The position numbers and the translations under genes were made by a program. A DNA stretch of 64,000 bases from an uncultured virus (IMG/VR IMGVR_UViG_3300042907_002442) (lineage: Duplodnaviria; Heunggongvirae; Uroviricota; Caudoviricetes), in the IMG/VR virus record IMGVR_UViG_3300042907_002442. One strand, written 5' to 3'. This document shows positions 18,439-27,621 of the stretch, in pieces. The notes beneath the pieces were generated by a model. It was not told the DNA's origin. It was given only the letters and a program-made list of their open reading frames with translations, and searched no databases. Numbering within the stretch: position 1 is the stretch's first letter; the number at the start of each line of letters is the position of its first letter.

Positions 18439-19932
18439 TCATACTAAGGTATAAATCAAACTACTCACGGGGAATATGTAAACGTTACTGCCAAAGGTTG
18501 TGGCATTATTTTCTAAAATTACGGTTTCAAACTTATTTGTGAAAATCATCCAATCTTGTTCGTATGGTAAAATTTTACCAGTTGTTTCTACGTAAACTAA
18601 ATCATCTTCTATTTTGTAACTTGTAAGAGGTTTAATTTGGAAAGTGTTTATTTTTTCATTTTTTATAATTTGACCATCTAATCCTTGGTTGTCACTTTCA
18701 GCGCCAAACCCACTTTTGATATCAACGTTTTCTTTTCCGAATTCTTTTTCTAATCTTGTTTTTGTTTGATTTTCTACCTTGTCCCCTTTGGTTTTACTAT
18801 TACCTAAATTGGACATAATTTTCTGAAAAAAGGGGGAGTCTTCAACAAAAATTTTGTTTGAATATTTTTTCAAAATAGAGGTCAGTTTTTTCACCGCCAT
18901 GACCTGTTCTTTGGGAGTTCTATTCTGAAAATGAATTATTTCATGATTATTATCTTTTAACAATCTGTTTACACTTTTGGTGATTAAACAAAAAGCTCTG
19001 TAGTTACCAGCCAAAAAACTAATATTGTGTCTTTCTCCATTTTTATAAAATCCTTGCATTATATTGTTTTCAGGGTCTTTGGGTTTGAATTCTAACCAGT
19101 CCACTTGTTTCAACGCGGCATAAATTCCCATACCATACAACTTACTTATTTCGTTGTCTTTCATTAGGTTCTGAAAAAATTTCTCATCTTCGGTTGTACA
19201 ATCCACAATATAAGATTTACCTTCAGTCATTATTTGTTTGGAAATTTTATTTTCTAAAAGTTTTGTTTGAGTCTTCAGTTCGAACAATTTACTAACAAAA
19301 TCCCAATTTACGACTTTCCAAAAATTTGAAATATATTCATCTCTTTTGTTCTTATATTTCAGATAGTAAGCATGTTCCCATAGGTCAAGACCCAACAAAG
19401 GAAATCCCCCACCCTCTATAACATTCATTAGTGGATTGTCTTGATTTGGAGTTGACATTATTTTGAGTTTGTTGTTTTTTGTTAAAACCAACCAAACCCA
19501 ACCTGAACCAAATCTTTCTTTAGCGGTTTGTTCAAACTTCTTCTTGAAGTTGGAAAATGTTTTGAACTCAGAAAAAATTTTCTTTTGTAATTCTCCTTTG
19601 AGTCTGACTGGGGTCGGGGTGAGCATATTCCAAAATAATGCGTGGTTGAATGCTCCACCTGCGTTGTTTCTTATTGTTTTGTCGTATCTACTTATGTTTT
19701 TTATAATTTTTTCTAAATCCCAATCACCCATTTTCTTTTTCGAGAGTGCCTGATTTAGTTTGTCTACGTATCCCTTATAATGTTTATTATAATGAAAATC
19801 CATAGTTTCGGCATCAATAAAGGGTTTCAGTGCTGAGTAGGAGTATGGTAATTTTTCAATTCCGATTTTTTTCATTTCCTCAATCAATATTTGTCTTTGT
19901 GATTCGGAGTTGTTTTTGTTTTCTGTGTTCAT
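18439..19932 (-). CDS. sod: Fe/Mn superoxide dismutase (Mn-type signatures) with a long C-terminal extension
   Basis: LPYSYSALKP, HYNKH, NNAGGAFNHALFW, FGSGWVWL, TPNQDNP, DLWEHAYY; about 270 additional C-terminal residues. Confidence 0.9.
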   Translation of the reverse strand: MNTENKNNSESQRQILIEEMKKIGIEKLPYSYSALKPFIDAETMDFHYNKHYKGYVDKLNQALSKKKMGDWDLEKIIKNISRYDKTIRNNAGGAFNHALFWNMLTPTPVRLKGELQKKIFSEFKTFSNFKKKFEQTAKERFGSGWVWLVLTKNNKLKIMSTPNQDNPLMNVIEGGGFPLLGLDLWEHAYYLKYKNKRDEYISNFWKVVNWDFVSKLFELKTQTKLLENKISKQIMTEGKSYIVDCTTEDEKFFQNLMKDNEISKLYGMGIYAALKQVDWLEFKPKDPENNIMQGFYKNGERHNISFLAGNYRAFCLITKSVNRLLKDNNHEIIHFQNRTPKEQVMAVKKLTSILKKYSNKIFVEDSPFFQKIMSNLGNSKTKGDKVENQTKTRLEKEFGKENVDIKSGFGAESDNQGLDGQIIKNEKINTFQIKPLTSYKIEDDLVYVETTGKILPYEQDWMIFTNKFETVILENNATTFGSNVYIFPVSSLIYTLV

Positions 19933-19957
19933 CAAGTTTTTTCTATAAATAATGAGA

Positions 19958-21706
19958 TTATCTCATTTCGTTGATTCTTTGGAGAATTTCTTCCACGTAG
20001 TCTGCGGAATTGTTGTTGTCACCCATCACTGTGGCGATGACGTGTTTTTTCTTATTTAATATGTCGTATATGATTCCCTCAATAGTATTTTCAAATATTG
20101 GGTAATAAACTAGTACATTACTTTTTTGTCCGTATCTGTAAGCTCTGTCTTCTGCTTGTGAGTGGTCTGAGGGTAAAAAGGATAAATCGTTCATAATTAC
20201 AGCTTCAGCGGCAGTCAAAGTAATACCAACGCCGGCTGCTTTTATGTTACCGACAAAAACTTTTATCTTATCATTTTCTTGGAATTGGTCTACTGAAAAT
20301 TGTCTTTCCGCTTTGGACATGGAACCATCTAGTTTGACCGCCGTCTTCCCGAAATGTTCCAAAATTTTGTTTAGGGAATTTGTAAAATTACAGAAAATTA
20401 TAACTTTCTTATCTTGTTCGATTATATTTTCTGCAAGTTCTATTGTTTGGGTTATTTTTTCATCTGCAATAATTTGTCTTACCTTAGTGAGTTTTGTAAA
20501 TTGAACGGTCAAAGATTTAGACTCTTCAGGATTTTTCTCATACCAATTATAGTATTCACCCATCACCTCTTCATATTCTTTTGACTTCAGTCTTAAATAA
20601 ATTGGTGTGATAATTTTATCAGGTAAATCAAGTACGTCTTCTTTTAATCTTCTAAGTGTAAGGTTCGAAGTTCTATCTCTCAGTTCTTCTAAGTTTGAGG
20701 CTCCCATAACATTCCATACTTTCCGTGGTCCAACCCTAAATTGATATCCACTACAATATCTTATAACGTAAGCCATCCAATTTTTGGCAACGGGTGAGTC
20801 AACCAAACTCAATAGATTATAATAATCAATTGGTCTTGATGTCATGGGGGTACCTGTCAATAACCAAATCCTATCTACCTTTTTTACTATATCATTTATA
20901 AGCTTTGTTCTTTGTGCTTGAGCATTCTTGATATAGTGTGCCTCATCAACAATAACCAAATCAAAATTGGCGCTAATAATTTGCGATTCATCTTTTCTTT
21001 TAGTGTCATGGAAGTTCTTTATTATATCGTAGTTTATTATTACAAAATCGTTATTAGGGTCAAAGTTTTTACCTTCAGCTATATAGATAGATTTATCTGA
21101 ATAATTTTCGATTTCACGCTTCCAGTTTATCTTCAAGGTTGCGGGACAAATTATCAAAACCTTTTTAGCCCCACATTCCAAAGCCGCTATTATAGTTGAG
21201 GTGGTCTTTCCTAACCCCATATCATCCGCTAGAATGTATTTCTTATTTTCTACTAATTTTTGAATTGCTTCTCTTTGGTGAGATAGTGGTGGTCGATTAG
21301 AATACTTATCAAAATCTAAAACAACGTCTTTCACTGTGTTGTCTTTAATCATAGCCGCTTTTGGAATCCAAAACTCGTTGAGTTGGTCTGTTTCAAAAAA
21401 CCTACCCCAAATGTGATATGCCTTTTCCTTTTCAGCTAATAGTTTTTCTACCCAAATTTTTTCGGGAATTTGGTGTAGTAATTTATCGTCTGCAAATTTT
21501 TGAGCAAAGTAAGCATCGAGTACAACCCATTTTTTTGCGACTTTGGGTTGTTTATCAAAATTGTTTATTATATATTCAGCCTGACTTCTTGTTGGGTAAA
21601 ACTTTTTATTCACCTCGGATTTTCTTTTAAGTTCCAAGATGTAGTTATTAGCCCCGCTATAGGTTTCTAATAATGAAATTGCTTTTGATTCTAAAGTATT
21701 CGACAA
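19958..21706 (-). CDS. SNF2-family (HARP/SMARCAL1-like) helicase/ATPase
   Basis: LADDMGLGKT, DEAH, LLTGTP, LRRLKEDVL, AGVGITLT, QAEDRAYRYGQ. Confidence 0.9.
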   Translation of the reverse strand: MSNTLESKAISLLETYSGANNYILELKRKSEVNKKFYPTRSQAEYIINNFDKQPKVAKKWVVLDAYFAQKFADDKLLHQIPEKIWVEKLLAEKEKAYHIWGRFFETDQLNEFWIPKAAMIKDNTVKDVVLDFDKYSNRPPLSHQREAIQKLVENKKYILADDMGLGKTTSTIIAALECGAKKVLIICPATLKINWKREIENYSDKSIYIAEGKNFDPNNDFVIINYDIIKNFHDTKRKDESQIISANFDLVIVDEAHYIKNAQAQRTKLINDIVKKVDRIWLLTGTPMTSRPIDYYNLLSLVDSPVAKNWMAYVIRYCSGYQFRVGPRKVWNVMGASNLEELRDRTSNLTLRRLKEDVLDLPDKIITPIYLRLKSKEYEEVMGEYYNWYEKNPEESKSLTVQFTKLTKVRQIIADEKITQTIELAENIIEQDKKVIIFCNFTNSLNKILEHFGKTAVKLDGSMSKAERQFSVDQFQENDKIKVFVGNIKAAGVGITLTAAEAVIMNDLSFLPSDHSQAEDRAYRYGQKSNVLVYYPIFENTIEGIIYDILNKKKHVIATVMGDNNNSADYVEEILQRINEMR

Positions 21707-21717
21707 ATTAAATTTTG

Positions 21718-22083
21718 TTAAAATTGGACACCATTTCCATAATCAATGAAAAGTTCTTCACCAACTTGGATTTTTCTCAGAGATTTGAAAACAAAAACGT
21801 TTCTTTCAGTGTCTGATTCCCAACTTACGTTCGGCATTTCACTATGGTTGTAATACGACCCGTATCCTGTAACCAAAACATGATTCACCCAATTTTCTGA
21901 TTTAGGCCAACAAAAAGCGTAATTTTGGAAAAAGGGTAATTTTTCTTGTCTTCGGTGTGGGAAGAGTAAAAATGGGCAAGTGTCAATAATTTCATTATAT
22001 TGTATCTCTTCGGAACAAAAAACACCCAACCCATGAGTTGTACTGTCTTTGAGATATATTTTTTTTGGTGGTCTTATTTCCAT
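21718..22083 (-). CDS. SET-domain protein-lysine methyltransferase
   Basis: HGLGVF, YNHSEMPN and GEELFIDYG are the three SET signature motifs. Confidence 0.9.
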   Translation of the reverse strand: MEIRPPKKIYLKDSTTHGLGVFCSEEIQYNEIIDTCPFLLFPHRRQEKLPFFQNYAFCWPKSENWVNHVLVTGYGSYYNHSEMPNVSWESDTERNVFVFKSLRKIQVGEELFIDYGNGVQF

Positions 22084-22139
22084 GGTTTATGAAAAATTTT
22101 TGCTTGTAATATAATAAAACTTAAACTATTTATCAATAT

Positions 22140-22652
22140 ATGCAAAAATTAGTTCCGATAACAAGATTAGGTAAGTTCTTTGGTGGGGAAGATTATTCTT
22201 TGGATATTGATATGGGTGAGGAGTGGTTGATTGGTGATATGAACTTCACTGTTGTATTATACAGAATTGATAGATACAAAACTAAAACTGATGATGTATA
22301 TGGTGAGGTACTTGAGGACGGCATTCAATTTATGGCACCTGTTGAACTTAAAGGTTTGGTTCAAATATTGGCACCAACCAACAAATTGCTTGGTAACTCT
22401 AGGGTAAAACAACAGGAACCTGGTAACATGAAATTTTCTGTTTATCAAAAAACTTTGGATGATGTACAAGTCGAAGTGAACATGGGAGATTATTTAGGGT
22501 ATTATGAAACGGAAGACAGAGTCAGATATTACACTGTAATAAATGACGGAAGAGTAAAATCAGACAATAAACACACATACGCTGGTTACAAGCCTTTCTA
22601 TAGAACAATAGAGGCAACTTGGGTAAGTGAAAACGAATTTAGAGGAATATAA
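22140..22652 (+). CDS. putative head-closure / neck protein (gp14-like)
   Basis: VLYRID...DDVYGE...GDYLGY...YYTV pattern; position ahead of tail genes; TATTTAT at 22127-33. Confidence 0.5.
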   Translation: MQKLVPITRLGKFFGGEDYSLDIDMGEEWLIGDMNFTVVLYRIDRYKTKTDDVYGEVLEDGIQFMAPVELKGLVQILAPTNKLLGNSRVKQQEPGNMKFSVYQKTLDDVQVEVNMGDYLGYYETEDRVRYYTVINDGRVKSDNKHTYAGYKPFYRTIEATWVSENEFRGI

Positions 22653-23062
22653 TGAAATTGATAATTACAGAGTCACAATTTGACTCATTATTTATGGGAC
22701 AAAGAGTTATGGTCTACTATAACTTGAACAGGGAGACATTTTCAATTTCATATTTGGGAAAGGTTATAATGCATGCTGACTACGTTAGATTGAAAGACGT
22801 TGAGTTCAGAGTTAGACCAGGTGGAAAAGAAAGAGTTAGAGATGAGAAAAGAAAAAATGTACATGCTTTTGTCATAGGTACACTTTTGGATTTTTGTGAA
22901 TTTCCTTGTGATAGAATTGAGGAACCTTATAGTGATTTGATTGTGACCTATAATCCATATGTGAATGATACATTCGTACTCAAAGGTACAGACAAGCCAG
23001 TTTATTTTGCAGAAGAAGTTGAAATGGTGAATATGAAAAATAAAATTTACATAACTCAGTAA
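22652..23062 (+). CDS. hypothetical phage protein (YYNL...KRKNVHAFV type)
   Basis: 136 aa coupled ORF; N-terminal MKLIITESQ leader. Confidence 0.7.
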   Translation: MKLIITESQFDSLFMGQRVMVYYNLNRETFSISYLGKVIMHADYVRLKDVEFRVRPGGKERVRDEKRKNVHAFVIGTLLDFCEFPCDRIEEPYSDLIVTYNPYVNDTFVLKGTDKPVYFAEEVEMVNMKNKIYITQ

Positions 23063-23063
23063 G

Positions 23064-24104
23064 ATGCCATTACCTAAACAAGTTAAACCAACTTTACCGT
23101 TAGTTCCAAAAAAAACTTTGTATTCTAGAAGAGAAGAACTTTTGGAATATATAAACAAAGATGGAACTTATTTACCAAAGTCAGTTTTACATGCGGACTT
23201 AGACAGAGGTATGTTGGACTTTGTTAAAAACGAATTGAAAGTAGTGACCGCTGGTAAGACAATCCCTGTTTTAGATATTATACTCACTACACAAAACTGG
23301 TCTCAATATGTTGAAACTTGGAAGTTTGTAGATTTAGATAATAATCCTGAACCTCCTTTCGTTACCGTTGTAAGAACCCCCGAAGTGAAGTACGGTACCA
23401 ATCCGGCTCTTAGATGGAATATACCGAATAGAAAACAATTTTATTATGCGTCAGTTCCCACTTGGGATGGAAACATGCAGGGTATGGATATATACACAAT
23501 CCCACAACCCGTTCCTGTAGATGTTACTTATTCTGTGAAAATAATTTGTAACAGGATGAGAGAGTTGAATCAACTGAACAAAAATGTTTTACAAACTTTT
23601 GCATCAAGACAGGCATATACTTTCATTAAAGGTCAGTATGTTCCTATAATAATGCAGAATATTTCGGATGAGTCTCAACTCAATATTGATTCTAGAAAAT
23701 TTTATATTCAATCATATGAGTTCATTATGTTAGGATATTTGATAGACGAAGAAGAATTCCAAGTCAAACCCGCCATACAAAGAATGGCTCAGGTTTTTGA
23801 AATTGATGGTAGTAATCTTGGTAGGAGAAGAGAAGTTTGGCCAAAGTCACCACAATCATTCCCATCTGAACTTTTGTTTGTTGTGGGTAATACAACTTTG
23901 ACCGATAAAATTTATTTCACCGCGGACATGAAAATTATAAATCTCACGAACGTTGACTCTTACGATGTTTATATAAATGGTGATTTTTATGGAACGAACG
24001 TTCCTTTGATTCAGGTAACCAACCAAGATATACTGGAAGTAATTGTTGTAAAACTTGATAATACTAAAGATGCTGTTATAGGTTTGGAAAACAGTCTATT
24101 TTAA
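23064..24104 (+). CDS. putative tail terminator / sheath stabiliser (gp15-like)
   Basis: PQPVPVDVTYSVKI...ELNQLN pattern; lies directly upstream of the sheath gene. Confidence 0.55.
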   Translation: MPLPKQVKPTLPLVPKKTLYSRREELLEYINKDGTYLPKSVLHADLDRGMLDFVKNELKVVTAGKTIPVLDIILTTQNWSQYVETWKFVDLDNNPEPPFVTVVRTPEVKYGTNPALRWNIPNRKQFYYASVPTWDGNMQGMDIYTIPQPVPVDVTYSVKIICNRMRELNQLNKNVLQTFASRQAYTFIKGQYVPIIMQNISDESQLNIDSRKFYIQSYEFIMLGYLIDEEEFQVKPAIQRMAQVFEIDGSNLGRRREVWPKSPQSFPSELLFVVGNTTLTDKIYFTADMKIINLTNVDSYDVYINGDFYGTNVPLIQVTNQDILEVIVVKLDNTKDAVIGLENSLF

Positions 24105-24262
24105 TTCTCTCCGTATATATCTTTCTTTTCTTTACACTTTTCTATTATCAAGTTTTCCAAAAACTTATAAATTTTTATTCCCCTTTTTTCACAATAGGTT
24201 TTTAGTAAATCGTGGACAGCAGGGTCTATTTTGATATTCTTTATTTCTCGTTTCTTTTTCAT
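24101..24262 (-). CDS. small ribbon-helix-helix-like DNA-binding protein (not in ORF track)
   Basis: Translated by hand, 53 aa: MKKKREIKNIKIDPAVHDLLKTYCEKRGIKIYKFLENLIIEKCKEKKDIYGEN; beta strand (KNIKI) then two helices with a G turn. Confidence 0.7.
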   Translation of the reverse strand: MKKKREIKNIKIDPAVHDLLKTYCEKRGIKIYKFLENLIIEKCKEKKDIYGEN

Positions 24263-24381
24263 GGTAGAAAAAAGGTAGAATTTATTCTGCCTACTATCAA
24301 ATAGATATTATAAATCAAAGTTTTTTCATAATTATTAGAATATTTATCAGTAAAATAAATCTGCAATAGAATAATTTAATA

Positions 24382-27300
24382 ATGGCAACAGCACAAGTAA
24401 ATCAAAAAGTATATGTGTCACCTGGTGTCTACACTTCTGAGACCGACTTATCGTTCGTAGCTCAGAGTGTGGGGGTAACAACATTAGGTCTCGTAGGAGA
24501 GACAATAAAAGGTCCAGCATTTGAACCCATCTTCATTACAAATTACGACGAGTTCCAAGCCTATTTCGGTGGCACTGAACCGGTAAAATTTGTAAACACT
24601 CAGATACCAAAGTATGAAGCTGCTTATATAGCCAAATCTTACTTACAACAATCAAATCAACTTTTTGTTACAAGGGTATTGGGATTATCAGGTTATGACG
24701 CGGGTCCTTCTTGGTCAATCACAACTATTGCAAACGTAGACCCTACAACCGTTGACTCAACCGGTACGACTTCGTTTACAAATACATTTACAGCAACAAC
24801 GGCTACCGTGACTGTTTGGGGTAACACCTTCCCTACAGAAGTATCAAATGATTTTACAACTCAATATATCTTATCTAATGGAAACACTTCCACTTACCAA
24901 GCGAGTTTAGACAACTATATACAACAAGTCTTAGGTGATAACACTTTGAGTGCAACATCATCTTATTTTTATGGTTCTGTACCTGATGCAGATTATAATA
25001 GTATCACATCAACTTACAGTAGTACTAACAATGCGTTCGGAGTAAATAATTTAAATTTAGCGTTCAATGACCTAAGTTCATCGGACAATGATACATGGTT
25101 CTATGCAACATTTGACCCAGGAGCTAATAATTCTTATGATGGTTATTCTTGGGATTTCTACATAAATGATATACAGGATATTGGTTCAGGTACCTTTACA
25201 GGTTCTGTTTCAGGAAACATATATAATTTCTCGGGTACTGCTTATCCTGATTATAATAACATGGTTGTTGCAACCTTGAGGTCGAGAGGTATTTCTTTAT
25301 ATACAAATAATTCAGGTCCAAATCATGGTCCAATATACGAAGTTACAGGTTCGACAGACTTAGATATGATTTGTACAAATCAATATTCAGGTGTCACACA
25401 AGACCCATTTGCAACTTTCTTACTTAGTGGTGTAACAAGAGATGGTAATACATTTTCATTTGAGAATTCATTACTTACTACCTCATCACAATTTATCACA
25501 AAAGTTTTAGGAGTGAGTAACTTTGATAAACCAAGATTTGAGACTCCTATTTTTGTTGAAGAGTTGTATGCAGGTTCTTTAGAATATGCTTACAACCAAA
25601 GTTATATCCGTGGCTTAAATTGTAATATGGTTGCTTTGGACTCGGCTAGAAGTTTGGCTTCAGATTCTATTGCTTGGAAATTACAAAGATATCAATCACC
25701 AAAATCACCTTTCTTAGTTTCAGAACTTAGAGGTAATAAGGTTTATAACTTATTTAGATTTATTTCGATTTCAGATGGTGATGCGGCTAACACAGAGGTG
25801 AAGATTTCAATTGCAAATCTTTCTTTTGACAACATGACTTTTGATGTTTTGGTAAGACAGTTTTTTGATACAGATGCTAATCCTATCGTAATTGAAAAAT
25901 TCCAAAACTGCGTTTTAGACCCAGCAAGTAATAATTTTATCGCTAAAAAAATTGGTTCTCAGGATGGGGAATACGCATTGATTTCAAGATATATTATGGT
26001 TGAAATGGCTGAGAATGCTCCAGTAGACGCACTTCCTTGTGGATTCAATGGTTATTCTCAAAGAATCTATGGAAGTACAGCGGTTCAAGCACCAATGATT
26101 TTCTATAAGACAAAATACAATTTCCCTCAAGAGGTAGTTCTTGACCCACCTTTTGGTTCTGCTGCAGGTGGTGCAAATACGGTTACTTCTCCTGGTGACG
26201 TTGTTCGTAGAACTTATCTCGGTATGTCATCCTCTTACTTATTTACTATTGAGGATGCGTTCTTGCAATACTTAGGTCAAAAGAATCCTGTTGTTGGTTT
26301 TTGTACCGCAACTGAATCGGCACCTTGGAACGGTTTAACTAAAGGTTTCCACTTGGACTCAGGTGCTACGGTGGTGACTATTGGTAATGAGTTCACAACA
26401 AGTGGTCAAACAGCATTCGAATGTGGTGTTGCTGATTTCACTTCTAATCCAAGTAGTCAGGATAATCCATATTATTTTATTTACTCTAGAAAGTTCACAC
26501 TTTGTATGGCGGGTGGTTTTGACGGTTGGGACATCTATGAAGAAAGAAGGACTAATGAAGATAGATTCGCTTTAGGTGGTACTGGTTACTTGGCAGGAGC
26601 TTGTACTTCGGCAAGATATCCAACAGCAACTGGTTTCGGTACTTTCAAAAATATCACCGTTGATGCTGACAGTCAGTCATTTGCAAATACAGACTATTAC
26701 GCATATCTTCTTGGTATTCTTACTTTTGCAAATCCAGAATCTACAAATATAAATGTTTTTGCAACTGCAAGTATCGATTACGTTTATAACCAAACTCTTG
26801 TAGAAGCAGCAATAGATATGATTCAGTTCCAAAGAGCTGACTCAATTTACATTGTCACTACCCCTGACTATAACATGTTACTACCAGATTCAACAGACCA
26901 AAATCAAATCATTTACCCACAAACAGCGGTAGACAATCTTGATAATACAGGTATTGATTCTAACTACACCGCAACTTATTATCCATGGATTTTAGTAAGA
27001 GATACTGTGAATAATACACAAATCTATATCCCACCAACAGGTGAAGTATGTAGAAACTTAGCTCTTACAGATAACATTTCTTTCCCATGGTTTGCATCGG
27101 CTGGTTACACAAGAGGTTTAGTAAACTCAATCAAGGCGAGAGTAAAACTTACTCAACAAGATAGAGATACACTTTATCAAGGTAGAATCAACCCAATTGC
27201 GACATTCGCTGACGTAGGAACTGTAATTTGGGGTAATAAAACCCTCCAAGTTGCTGACACAGCTTTGAACAGATTGAATGTAAGAAGATTGTTGTTACAA

Positions 27301-27579
27301 GCTCGTAAGTTGATTTCAGCTGTAGCAGTGAGATTGTTATTTGAACAAAACGACCAAATCGTAAGACAACAATTCTTGGATAGTGTAAACCCTATACTTG
27401 ACTCAATCAGAAGAGATAGAGGTTTATATGACTTCCGTGTTACTGTTTCTTCTTCACCTGAAGACTTGGACAGAAACACTCTCACAGGTAAAATTTACCT
27501 TAAACCAACGAAGGCTTTGGAGTTCATAGATATTGAGTTCTTTATCACACCAACAGGTGCTTCGTTTGAAAATATATAA
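24382..27579 (+). CDS. contractile tail sheath protein (gp18-like) with large insertion domains
   Basis: VSPGVYTSETD, LVGETIKGP, YYPW, PWFASAGYTRG, INPI, IWGNKTLQ, RLNVRRLL, LFEQND, PTKALEFI. Confidence 0.95.
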   Translation: MATAQVNQKVYVSPGVYTSETDLSFVAQSVGVTTLGLVGETIKGPAFEPIFITNYDEFQAYFGGTEPVKFVNTQIPKYEAAYIAKSYLQQSNQLFVTRVLGLSGYDAGPSWSITTIANVDPTTVDSTGTTSFTNTFTATTATVTVWGNTFPTEVSNDFTTQYILSNGNTSTYQASLDNYIQQVLGDNTLSATSSYFYGSVPDADYNSITSTYSSTNNAFGVNNLNLAFNDLSSSDNDTWFYATFDPGANNSYDGYSWDFYINDIQDIGSGTFTGSVSGNIYNFSGTAYPDYNNMVVATLRSRGISLYTNNSGPNHGPIYEVTGSTDLDMICTNQYSGVTQDPFATFLLSGVTRDGNTFSFENSLLTTSSQFITKVLGVSNFDKPRFETPIFVEELYAGSLEYAYNQSYIRGLNCNMVALDSARSLASDSIAWKLQRYQSPKSPFLVSELRGNKVYNLFRFISISDGDAANTEVKISIANLSFDNMTFDVLVRQFFDTDANPIVIEKFQNCVLDPASNNFIAKKIGSQDGEYALISRYIMVEMAENAPVDALPCGFNGYSQRIYGSTAVQAPMIFYKTKYNFPQEVVLDPPFGSAAGGANTVTSPGDVVRRTYLGMSSSYLFTIEDAFLQYLGQKNPVVGFCTATESAPWNGLTKGFHLDSGATVVTIGNEFTTSGQTAFECGVADFTSNPSSQDNPYYFIYSRKFTLCMAGGFDGWDIYEERRTNEDRFALGGTGYLAGACTSARYPTATGFGTFKNITVDADSQSFANTDYYAYLLGILTFANPESTNINVFATASIDYVYNQTLVEAAIDMIQFQRADSIYIVTTPDYNMLLPDSTDQNQIIYPQTAVDNLDNTGIDSNYTATYYPWILVRDTVNNTQIYIPPTGEVCRNLALTDNISFPWFASAGYTRGLVNSIKARVKLTQQDRDTLYQGRINPIATFADVGTVIWGNKTLQVADTALNRLNVRRLLLQARKLISAVAVRLLFEQNDQIVRQQFLDSVNPILDSIRRDRGLYDFRVTVSSSPEDLDRNTLTGKIYLKPTKALEFIDIEFFITPTGASFENI

Positions 27580-27585
27580 TAAAAA

Positions 27586-27615
27586 CGGGGGGTCCAAAAC
27601 CCCCCACTTTTTTAT
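27586..27615 (+). terminator. intrinsic terminator after the sheath gene
   Basis: GGGGGGT-CCAAA-ACCCCCC stem followed by CTTTTTTATT-type tract. Confidence 0.7.
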
Positions 27616-27621
27616 TACCTA

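Noticed and set aside
9137..22083. Eukaryotic giant virus origin suggested by GT60, SET, SNF2 and PolB
   Set aside because: Contractile tail sheath, tube, baseplate, gp32-like SSB, overlapping operonic genes and bacterial promoter/terminator signals identify a tailed bacteriophage
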